DNA of 40,097 nucleotides from Minisyncoccota bacterium. Its GTDB lineage: Bacteria > Patescibacteriota > Minisyncoccia > Phycocordibacterales > UBA9973. This document shows positions 27,819-34,860 of this stretch, piece after piece. The DNA lies in assembly GCA_041661005.1 (NCBI GenBank), contig JBAZVG010000001.1, forward strand, positions 72,019 to 112,115. The letters are read 5' to 3'. Position numbers and translations under genes: made by a program. Each line of letters opens with the position of its first letter. The first letter of the stretch is position 1. A model generated the notes under the pieces. The model was not told the DNA's origin. It was given only the letters and a program-made list of their open reading frames with translations, and did not search any database.

Positions 27819-27892
27819 GTGAGTGTAAGGCAATACTTACATTTATCGTAAACAACATAAGTGCCGCAAGAGCCCCCGCAAGGGGGTTTTTG
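27819..27892 (+). ncRNA. candidate ~70-nt small RNA or leader
   Basis: Bounded by the promoter above and the terminator ccccc-gcaa-ggggg-ttttt; 5' stem-loop agtgtaag/cttacatt. Confidence 0.4.
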
Positions 27893-27928
27893 TTTGAGAG
27901 ATTTATTTTATTTGTTATACTTTATCCC

Positions 27929-28819
27929 ATGATAGATTCAATATTAAGTGCGAAAAATTTAGATGAAGCTGATGTAGTTATCGTTTCGGCCGGATATGAA
28001 AAAACAACTTCCAGCAGGAAAGGAACAGTAAATGGTCCAAAAGCTGTAGTTGACATGCTCGATTCAAAGCTTGAGCTTTTTGACCGTGCGTATAAAATGC
28101 GGTCTTGCGACAAGATAAAAATAGGGCAAAAAGATTTAAATAATATTAACTCGCTTTCCTCCCCACAAGTTCTTCTTAAAATTACAGCTGAGTGCAAGAA
28201 AATTTTAGATGAGAATAAATTTGTATTTTTGTTAGGCGGAGAACATTCTGTATCTCTTGGACTTTTACAGGCGATTGCTAAAAATATCAGCCCAAAAGAT
28301 GTGACAATACTACAGATAGATGCGCATTGTGATTTACGAGATAATGATTCAGATTACAGTTTAAAATCGACAAAATATGCGCACTCTTGTGTGATGCGTC
28401 GTGTGCACGAATTGGGCTATAATCTTGTTCAAGTCGGTATTCGCACATATTATAAAGGTGAGTATGAATATTTCAGTGATCCGAAAAATAATATAAAAGT
28501 TTTTGAATGGGGAAATGGTCACAAAGTTCCGAGCATAGCAGAAATTATAAAATCTATCAAAACAAAGTATGTGTATATTACGATAGACGTGGATGGTTTT
28601 GATCCAGCACATATGCCCGGCACCGGTACGGCTGTCCAGGGGGGCATCGAGTGGTGGTATGGCGTGGAGTTGATTGAGAGAGTTATAGACAGCCATGAGC
28701 TAGTCGGCGCTGATATTGTGGAAGTCTCTCCGACACGCGATTCTATTCTTACCGAATATGGTGCTGCTCAATTAGTTTACACAATGATAGCGCATAAGTT
28801 TAAGTACAAACTAATTTAG
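27929..28819 (+). CDS. speB: agmatinase (ureohydrolase/arginase family)
   Basis: GGEHS, DAHCD, DVDGFDP, GTGT, DIVEVSP. Start placed at ATG 27929, 7 nt after TGtTATACT; the ORF track starts at TTG 27890 inside the terminator. Confidence 0.85.
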   Translation: MIDSILSAKNLDEADVVIVSAGYEKTTSSRKGTVNGPKAVVDMLDSKLELFDRAYKMRSCDKIKIGQKDLNNINSLSSPQVLLKITAECKKILDENKFVFLLGGEHSVSLGLLQAIAKNISPKDVTILQIDAHCDLRDNDSDYSLKSTKYAHSCVMRRVHELGYNLVQVGIRTYYKGEYEYFSDPKNNIKVFEWGNGHKVPSIAEIIKSIKTKYVYITIDVDGFDPAHMPGTGTAVQGGIEWWYGVELIERVIDSHELVGADIVEVSPTRDSILTEYGAAQLVYTMIAHKFKYKLI

Positions 28820-28822
28820 TTT

Positions 28823-29839
28823 TTAACTATACTTTTTTATCAACTTATTTGCTTCTTTTGGATTTGCTTTACATTCTAAAAGCGCGGTCAAAATAAGAGG
28901 AACGACGATGGTGGCGTCGGATTCTACTACGAACATTGGAGTGTCTTTGGTTAGTTTATCCCAAGTTATTTTTTCATTTGGAGTTGCTCCAGAATACGAA
29001 CCATAAGAAGTTGTCGAATCAGAAATTTGACAGAAATAAGCCCAAGGTTTTACCTTGCTGACTTCCATGTCATATTTGAGAGATGGTACGACACAGATAG
29101 GGAAGTCTCCGGCTATTCCTCCACCTATTTGAAAAAAACCGATTCCATTGCCTTTGGAAAGTTCTTGATACTGGTCATAGAATGCTCCCATATACTCTAT
29201 GCCACTCTTGGCGATGTTTGCGCTTGCACCGCCCTTCTTTACATGTGAAGCAAAAATGTTGCCAAAAGTGGAGTCTTCATAGCCCGGCACAACAATGGGG
29301 ATATTGTTCTCGGCGGCGGCCAAGAGCCAGCATTCTTCTGCTTTACCTTCGTGCTTTTTTTTATCTATCGCTTGAATCAAGTCATAAAAATATTCATGCC
29401 AGAATTTGCGGGTTTTTTCTTTTGTTGCTTTTTCCCAGACAGGCACAATCAAGCTCTCTACTGCGCGGAATGCTTCATCTTCTGGGATGCTGGTATCTGT
29501 AACTCGGCGCATGCGATTTTCTAAAATTTTTGTATCATCTTCTTTGGTGAAATATCTGTAATCAGGGAAATCTTTATAACTGTCATGCGCCACTAGGCGA
29601 AAGAGAGATTCCTCTAGATTTGCGCCAGTGACAGACATGCTGTGAATAAGGCCGTTTCTGATAGCGGGCGCGAGTGTGATGCCCAGCTGGGCTGAAGACA
29701 TGGCTCCAGCCATAGCCCAAAACATTTTTCCGCCTTTTTCTAAATGTCTCCAATAAGCAACGAGCGCGTCGCGAGTAGCGCGAGCGTTAAAATTTTTATA
29801 ATTTTTTAGAATGAATTCTAATGTTTCTAAATTTGCCAT
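28823..29839 (-). CDS. deoxyhypusine synthase-like protein (bacterial SpeY-type, putative homospermidine pathway)
   Basis: AGAMSS, TGANLEE, DSTFG, IGGGIAGDFPIC, SYGSYSGATPNEKITWDK (catalytic Lys position kept). Confidence 0.9.
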   Translation of the reverse strand: MANLETLEFILKNYKNFNARATRDALVAYWRHLEKGGKMFWAMAGAMSSAQLGITLAPAIRNGLIHSMSVTGANLEESLFRLVAHDSYKDFPDYRYFTKEDDTKILENRMRRVTDTSIPEDEAFRAVESLIVPVWEKATKEKTRKFWHEYFYDLIQAIDKKKHEGKAEECWLLAAAENNIPIVVPGYEDSTFGNIFASHVKKGGASANIAKSGIEYMGAFYDQYQELSKGNGIGFFQIGGGIAGDFPICVVPSLKYDMEVSKVKPWAYFCQISDSTTSYGSYSGATPNEKITWDKLTKDTPMFVVESDATIVVPLILTALLECKANPKEANKLIKKYS

Positions 29840-29932
29840 AGATTGATAATAATATCAGTTATTTAATTATAATAATCCAATTGTAGAGCAATCAGAAATA
29901 GTGTCAAGCGCCATGGAAATAAAAGACATAAT

Positions 29933-31318
29933 ATGGTATACTATAGTGTGCATGAAAGGATAAGAAGTACCGAAAAAATCTGTTGTTATCGAAATTCTTA
30001 TTTTGGTATCTTCTTCTTTTTCCTCCTTTTTTTTCTAGCAAACAACTTAGCTTCCGCGGAACTTGCAACTGCCAAAGTTGCTCTCCCTTTATATATTTAT
30101 CCCTCAAATGGAGAAACAAACTGGACCAAAGCTCATACTTTTGGACAAAAAATTGATTTTATTATTGCTAATGTCTACAACGGTCCAAGCGGGGAAGTAA
30201 ATTCCGATTGGACGAACATGATTGAAGCTACTATTCAAAATCATATAAAAGTATATGGTTATGTTTACACAAGCTATGGGGCAAGGGCAGGAAGCAAGGT
30301 GGACGAAGATGTGGCAAGGTGGCTACAACTTTATCCCCAAATCAGTGGTATTTTCTTGGACGAAACTGCTTCGAGCTCCGACAAAATTCCTTACTATAAA
30401 GCGCGCTATGATTATATAAAGCGATTGAATTCTTCTCTAAGGGTAGTCATCAATCCCGGAACTGTTACCGATGAAGGATATATGAATGTGTCTGACGTGA
30501 ATACTATATTTGAAAGCAATCTTTCGTCGTGGAATAATGCACATTTTCCTGAATGGGTTTTAAAATATCCCGCTAGCCGTTTTTATTCGATCATCTATGG
30601 AGTGTCGAGTGAAGAAGAAATGAAAAATGTGGCGCGAGTCGCTCGAGAAAAGAATTTTGGGGAGGTATTCATTACAGATGCCTTCTCTCCTTCGGATAGG
30701 CTCCCAACTTATTTTTCATCAGAAATATCTGAAATTACAAGTGTAACTACTCCAATCATTCCCCCGGTTGTTCCTCCAATAGTTATTCCCCCAGTAGATC
30801 CAGTCATTCCCCCAATAAATAACGAACAGACTTCCAATCCTCCTTCTCCCGACCTCTGCTCTAACATTTCAGGAATTCAATTATCAATTCCTTCTAGCAT
30901 GAATATAGTAAATCTCGAGTGTGTAATCCAAGATGTTGGTAATAACGTGTCGGAGGATATTTCAGACACCACGACTTTCTCTGAAAATAGAACAGTTGTT
31001 AAAATTACGCCTGCGCCCATACCCATAGAAGAATGTTACGACGGTAGCCAGTATAACAGGTCCACCGGAGCGTTGTGCGCTAATAACAATCCAGTTTACA
31101 ACTTCGGCTCTACTATTCTCAAGAATGGAAGCAAAGGTGAAGCGATTAAAGAACTCCAAAGATTTTTAAATGCAAAATTAAATCTTGGCCTTGTGCTGGA
31201 TGGTAAATTTGGTCCGAAGACGACCGTTGTCGTCAAGAAATGGCAGAGAGAGAATGGTTTAGTGGCTGACGGTATAATTGGACCGAAAACGAAAGCAAAG
31301 ATGGAGACAGATTTATAG
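29933..31318 (+). CDS. secreted spherulation-specific family 4 (GH135-like) hydrolase with Pro-rich linker and C-terminal peptidoglycan-binding domain
   Basis: VALPLYIYP, NGP, GIFLDE, VINPG, FES; linker PIIPPVVPPIVIPP; LKNGSKGEAIKELQRFL...DGKFGPKT..VKKWQ...ADGIIGPKT. The start may be GTG 29948. Confidence 0.8.
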   Translation: MVYYSVHERIRSTEKICCYRNSYFGIFFFFLLFFLANNLASAELATAKVALPLYIYPSNGETNWTKAHTFGQKIDFIIANVYNGPSGEVNSDWTNMIEATIQNHIKVYGYVYTSYGARAGSKVDEDVARWLQLYPQISGIFLDETASSSDKIPYYKARYDYIKRLNSSLRVVINPGTVTDEGYMNVSDVNTIFESNLSSWNNAHFPEWVLKYPASRFYSIIYGVSSEEEMKNVARVAREKNFGEVFITDAFSPSDRLPTYFSSEISEITSVTTPIIPPVVPPIVIPPVDPVIPPINNEQTSNPPSPDLCSNISGIQLSIPSSMNIVNLECVIQDVGNNVSEDISDTTTFSENRTVVKITPAPIPIEECYDGSQYNRSTGALCANNNPVYNFGSTILKNGSKGEAIKELQRFLNAKLNLGLVLDGKFGPKTTVVVKKWQRENGLVADGIIGPKTKAKMETDL

Positions 31319-31345
31319 AACAATTTTTATTCATTATCAAATTTA

Positions 31346-31531
31346 GTGGCTACAAATAATTCCTCGCCGTCGCTCGGAATTTTCGCAGCCCGCCCCTCGG
31401 AGGCTCGGCTACTACATAGCCAGGTGATTTTCTAGCTACGCAAAGAAAATCCTTTCTCGCGACTTAAAATTTAACTTGTGGCTACAAATAATTCCTCGCC
31501 GTCGCTCGGAATTTTCGCAGCCCGCCCCTCG
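31346..31531. repeat. two exact 54-bp direct repeats (31346-31399 and 31478-31531)
   Basis: gtggctacaaataattcctcgccgtcgctcggaattttcgcagcccgcccctcg occurs twice, 132 bp apart. Confidence 0.95.
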
Positions 31532-31565
31532 CGGTTTTGCGTGCTCGCAAAACATCGCTGCGGTC

Positions 31566-31615
31566 TCCACAAATTTAAAAATCTGCCGCAGGGCAGATAT
31601 TTTAAAGTTTGTGGA
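31566..31615 (-). terminator. long hairpin immediately 3' of tRNA-Ala
   Basis: tccacaaatttaaaaatctgcc-gcag-ggcagatattttaaagtttgtgga. Confidence 0.7.
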
Positions 31616-31684
31616 CCCTTGGAGGCTCGAACTCCACACCTCCTCATTGCAAATGAGGCGCTCTACCAGATGAGCTAAGGGCCC
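31612..31684 (-). tRNA. tRNA-Ala (TGC)
   Basis: GGGCCCTTAGCTCATCTGGTAGAGCGCCTCATTTGCAATGAGGAGGTGTGGAGTTCGAGCCTCCAAGGGTCCA; cloverleaf, G3:U70 pair, CCA not encoded. Confidence 0.97.
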
Positions 31685-31812
31685 GTGTATTTTTAATCTA
31701 AAACCCCCAAATTATTTTATAACGGGGGCTCATTTAGAAGCATAACTTACGAACAAGAAAATGGCAAGTGGATGCAGTAGTGAAAAAAAATGTAATTTCC
31801 ATAGATTTTTAT

Positions 31813-31977
31813 TTAGTTAGATTTTTTCTTATTCTTTATAATACCCACAATGCCGATGACGACCAACACAAGTCCAAGCCCTTGTCCTCCGGGGCTGTCG
31901 TCATATCCACCATATACAAACATAAATATTCCAAACAAGATTGCAAAAATTAAGCCTATTATCTTGATTTTATTCAT
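31813..31977 (-). CDS. small two-TM membrane protein, 54 aa (not in the ORF track)
   Basis: MNKIKIIGLIFAILFGIFMFVYGGYDDSPGGQGLGLVLVVIGIVGIIKNKKKSN; TGaTATTAT box 6 nt upstream. Confidence 0.8.
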   Translation of the reverse strand: MNKIKIIGLIFAILFGIFMFVYGGYDDSPGGQGLGLVLVVIGIVGIIKNKKKSN

Positions 31978-32035
31978 ATAAAAATAATATCACAAAATAA
32001 TTAATTTGGCTCAAACTTGTGGATGAAGTTGGGGT

Positions 32036-33052
32036 TTATTTGTTGGGTAATAATGATTTGATAGACTCAGCTTTTAATGTATAAGCTCTCACGAATGAAT
32101 CATCAACGTGAGCATAAAGTATTCCTTCACCATCTTTTGTTTCAATAAATTGACTAGCAAATGTGATGGTCTTTGCTTCACTGTCTTGAATAAATGGTTC
32201 GGGGGAAACCCAATCAATTTTTCCATTTTCGTAATCATAAATGAATAATCCAACTGAAAACATGCCATATTTTATTTTATCACCAACTTTTTCATTAGCT
32301 TCGCGTCCGTTTATGACACCCAAAAGTTTTCCTTCTCCAATATCAATGAAATTTTTTGAAAAAAGAGGTCCTGGTGAAGCATGACCGCCAATCCAAGAAA
32401 TATTATGTTCCTTGGGATGAAACACAGTGTCGCCGTATTTCCAGGGTTTACCCATATCTTCTGCGATAGCTACTTTCACGATGGAATAAGTTGTGTCAAT
32501 TTGCCTATCTCTAGATTCAATAAGATTATATCTAAAACCCTTAGAGTTAATTGGGGCAATAGAAACTTCTTTAGCGCTCAATTGCACAGTGTCCATAAGT
32601 ACAGGCATTGTCATTTCTAAAGAATCTAAATCTTTTCCAACAGCATGCCCAAGGTGAATCTTTATTTTATTTCCAGTATCATTCGGAGGTCTGATGGGTA
32701 TCGTAAAATATAAATGCATTAAACCTGTCTTGTCATCTATCCAGATATCTGGGTCTTCTAGACCAATAAAATCCCAACCCTTCTCTGTGAGTTGGTTGAT
32801 TATTTTTTCTTCATTTTTTATTTCTAATTTTCTATCTAATTCGAAGTGTTCTAAAGAATTTCCTTTTATTTTATATAATTCACTCCTATCAACATATCCT
32901 TTGACTTCAACATCACCCTCCCTGCTTCTGATGCACCTAATCACTCCATTCCGATAATGTGTTTTAGGATCAAGGGTAATAGCCATGACATGTTTAAATT
33001 TACTGTTTGTTTCCACGACTTTACCTTCATGTTGAGTATATAATTTTTGCAT
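32036..33052 (-). CDS. five-bladed beta-propeller glycosidase-like protein (GH130/GH43-like fold)
   Basis: GLEDPDIWID...MHLYFT, HLGHAVGKDL, ASPGP, ITFASQF...GILYAHVDDS. Confidence 0.5.
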   Translation of the reverse strand: MQKLYTQHEGKVVETNSKFKHVMAITLDPKTHYRNGVIRCIRSREGDVEVKGYVDRSELYKIKGNSLEHFELDRKLEIKNEEKIINQLTEKGWDFIGLEDPDIWIDDKTGLMHLYFTIPIRPPNDTGNKIKIHLGHAVGKDLDSLEMTMPVLMDTVQLSAKEVSIAPINSKGFRYNLIESRDRQIDTTYSIVKVAIAEDMGKPWKYGDTVFHPKEHNISWIGGHASPGPLFSKNFIDIGEGKLLGVINGREANEKVGDKIKYGMFSVGLFIYDYENGKIDWVSPEPFIQDSEAKTITFASQFIETKDGEGILYAHVDDSFVRAYTLKAESIKSLLPNK

Positions 33053-33087
33053 ATTTAAATTATAGCAAAATTTTAGATTAGTTTACG

Positions 33088-33104
33088 AGCTCCGGGGGTA
33101 GGGA
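33088..33104. repeat. 17-bp tRNA-3'-end-like direct repeat, copy 1 (putative att site)
   Basis: agctccgggggtaggga, identical to 38195-38211. Confidence 0.8.
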
Positions 33105-33165
33105 AGTATGTTCGGGTAGAAATACTAAAAGGGAAAACCTCACAAGAGACTCATTGTTTCCATAC

Positions 33166-33513
33166 TTATTCCTTTTCTTTTATCAGAACTTCTCTTGGCT
33201 TGGCTCCATCTCCTTCACCTATGATATCTCGCTCTTCCAGTAAGTCCATCAATCTAGCTGATCGCGCATAACCTAATTGAAATTTTCTTTGAATATAAGA
33301 AGTTGATGCTCTGCCTGCTTTTATCACAGCGGACTTTACTTTCTCATATAAGTTTTCATCATCAAGATTATCATAAATACCCCCATTTTCATTTTTTATC
33401 TGCATTATAATATCTGAATATTGCGAGTTCTGACGCTCTGAAATCAATCTGACTTTTTCAGACAATTCGTCGATTTTTCGCTCTATATTTTTAAGATTTT
33501 CTTTTCCGAACAT
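33166..33513 (-). CDS. stand-alone FtsK gamma (winged-helix) domain protein with N-terminal coiled coil
   Basis: DENLYEKVKSAVIKAGRASTSYIQRKFQLGYARSARLMDLLEERDIIG..GAKPREVL; no motor domain. Confidence 0.88.
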   Translation of the reverse strand: MFGKENLKNIERKIDELSEKVRLISERQNSQYSDIIMQIKNENGGIYDNLDDENLYEKVKSAVIKAGRASTSYIQRKFQLGYARSARLMDLLEERDIIGEGDGAKPREVLIKEKE

Positions 33514-33575
33514 AGATTATATTATATCAATACTCCTTCAAAAACACCATTTACAAATCTTGCCAAAGTTCATTG

Positions 33576-33603
33576 TAAACTATTCTAATATTCTTGAGAA
33601 TAT
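33576..33603 (-). promoter_or_regulatory. promoter-operator cassette, copy 1 (upstream of the FtsK-gamma gene)
   Basis: 28-bp repeat containing palindrome ATATTCT-tg-AGAATAT; minus strand reads TTCTCA-17-TACAAT. Confidence 0.65.
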
Positions 33604-33610
33604 CAGAACA

Positions 33611-33892
33611 CTAAAATCTACATAAAAAATCGCAGAACATTTTTCCATAAGGTGAAACTCTATGCTCTACTGTAGTGCCTTTGTAATTTTTATTGAGTAA
33701 CCCTGCTTGTACCAATCGCCTCGTGTGTTCAGAAATTGTTTTAAAATTACAATCTAGGTTTTCTGAAATTTCATCCAAGGAAATCCCGGGATTTTTTAAC
33801 ACAAGTAGTAATATTGAAATACGACGATGATTAGCCGCGCCCTTAAAATATCTTTCGAGTTGCTTTGCTGTTTTTGTTTTGTTTGTTTTCAT
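33611..33892 (-). CDS. ArsR-like winged-helix transcription regulator
   Basis: ANHRRISILLLV...ISLDEISENLDCNFKTISEHTRRLVQAGLL.K...G..VEHRVSPYG. Confidence 0.85.
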   Translation of the reverse strand: MKTNKTKTAKQLERYFKGAANHRRISILLLVLKNPGISLDEISENLDCNFKTISEHTRRLVQAGLLNKNYKGTTVEHRVSPYGKMFCDFLCRF

Positions 33893-33906
33893 ACTACTAT
33901 TAATTA

Positions 33907-33934
33907 TAAACTATTCTAGTATTCTTGAGAATAT
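33907..33934 (-). promoter_or_regulatory. promoter-operator cassette, copy 2 (upstream of the HTH gene)
   Basis: 27/28 identical to 33576-33603; minus strand reads TTCTCA-17-TATAAT. Confidence 0.7.
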
Positions 33935-33992
33935 AGGAATAGATTTAGGATTTTTGTTGTGCTGTTTTATAACTCTTGCCAAAGTGCGTGAG

Positions 33993-34163
33993 CTAATATT
34001 TACTTTTCACCGGAAAGTTGCTTGGTGAGCTTTCTAGGGCCTCAGGAAGTGCATTGGTGGGTTCAGAATGTGCTGTGTTTTCAGGAGCAGGCTCGGTGGG
34101 CTCTTTGGAGCTTGGTGGAATAGAGTTTTCTTCGGGGGTTGGGTTTTGAGGTTCGTCGGGCAT
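33993..34163 (-). pseudogene. short Pro/Glu-rich ORF, possibly a truncated gene remnant
   Basis: MPDEPQNPTPEENSIPPSSKEPTEPAPEN..., 56 aa, ATG 2 bp after the upstream stop. Confidence 0.3.
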
Positions 34164-34165
34164 AA

Positions 34166-34459
34166 TTAATTTCGGTGAGATCCAAACCAATCCCAAGCTT
34201 GTTTTGGAAGCCACCCTTGTTGGTTCTTTGGATTAACTTCCATTATTATGTGTTGTCTTAGAGGCATATGCTTAATTAAAAGATTATAAAGTTGATTCAC
34301 TTCTAATGCAGACTCAACAAAATAAAGTCCCCCCGGTAAATAATGCCACCAAGTTTTAATATAACCAAGTTTATAGAGTTGTTGTATATAAACATGAAAT
34401 TTACTCAGATCAAAGGGATGAGTTGTATTAGGCATAATCATGTAAATTTTATTATTCAT
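34166..34459 (-). CDS. small ferredoxin-like-fold protein (family often labelled SinR-like or Cas2-like)
   Basis: WWHYL...LYNLL...IIMEV....QGWLPKQAWDW motif; recognised from memory. Confidence 0.55.
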   Translation of the reverse strand: MNNKIYMIMPNTTHPFDLSKFHVYIQQLYKLGYIKTWWHYLPGGLYFVESALEVNQLYNLLIKHMPLRQHIIMEVNPKNQQGWLPKQAWDWFGSHRN

Positions 34460-34856
34460 GTTCTTGTTTCTCTATTTTATCTATTGATAAGGAATCGGCA
34501 GTTTCGGGTTTGGGTAAGCTTGGATTATTTTCAAGTGTAGATGATTTAAAATCTTTATATGTATGTTGTTGATCTCCTAAGACTTCTAAAGCTCTCATCA
34601 TGAATATATGATGTTCGGACTGGAGAAATTTTTTATCTCCCCAAATTAAAATTCCAATAAAAGAAAGTAAAAATACAGCTAAAGTAAATCCAATTGCCCA
34701 CATAAAAAAAATTTGAACAGTAATATTATCAGTAAAACTAACAACCACTAATCCGGCAAAAAGGAAAGGTAAAATCCATAACAGAGAACTGAGCACAGTA
34801 CTAACACGTACTTTCTTTACCATTTCTGTAGCTGATTTTATTGGATCAAATGACAT
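34452..34856 (-). CDS. hypothetical two-TM membrane protein
   Basis: Two hydrophobic segments (about residues 20-68), then LQSEHHIFMMRALEVLGD; overlaps the next gene by 8 bp. Confidence 0.7.
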   Translation of the reverse strand: MSFDPIKSATEMVKKVRVSTVLSSLLWILPFLFAGLVVVSFTDNITVQIFFMWAIGFTLAVFLLSFIGILIWGDKKFLQSEHHIFMMRALEVLGDQQHTYKDFKSSTLENNPSLPKPETADSLSIDKIEKQEHE

Positions 34857-34860
34857 AAAA

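Noticed and set aside
27819-27892. Known guanidine riboswitch upstream of the ureohydrolase
   Set aside because: Hairpin loops are GCAA-type rather than the ACGR loops of guanidine-II, and I see no guanidine-I or -III consensus. Kept only as an unclassified RNA candidate.
544-31323. The many 60-160-aa ORFs nested in or antisense to confident genes
   Set aside because: They overlap well-supported CDSs and show no recognisable motifs.
31346-31531. Possible CRISPR array
   Set aside because: Only two 54-bp units with a 78-bp structured gap, no cas operon, and sequence shared with REP-like elements.
31436-31678. Three short overlapping ORFs
   Set aside because: They overlap the repeat module and tRNA-Ala; GC-rich palindromes produce stop-poor frames.
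34166-34459. Calling the small protein Cas2 of a CRISPR system
   Set aside because: No cas1, effector genes or array in the window; the resemblance is at most fold-level.
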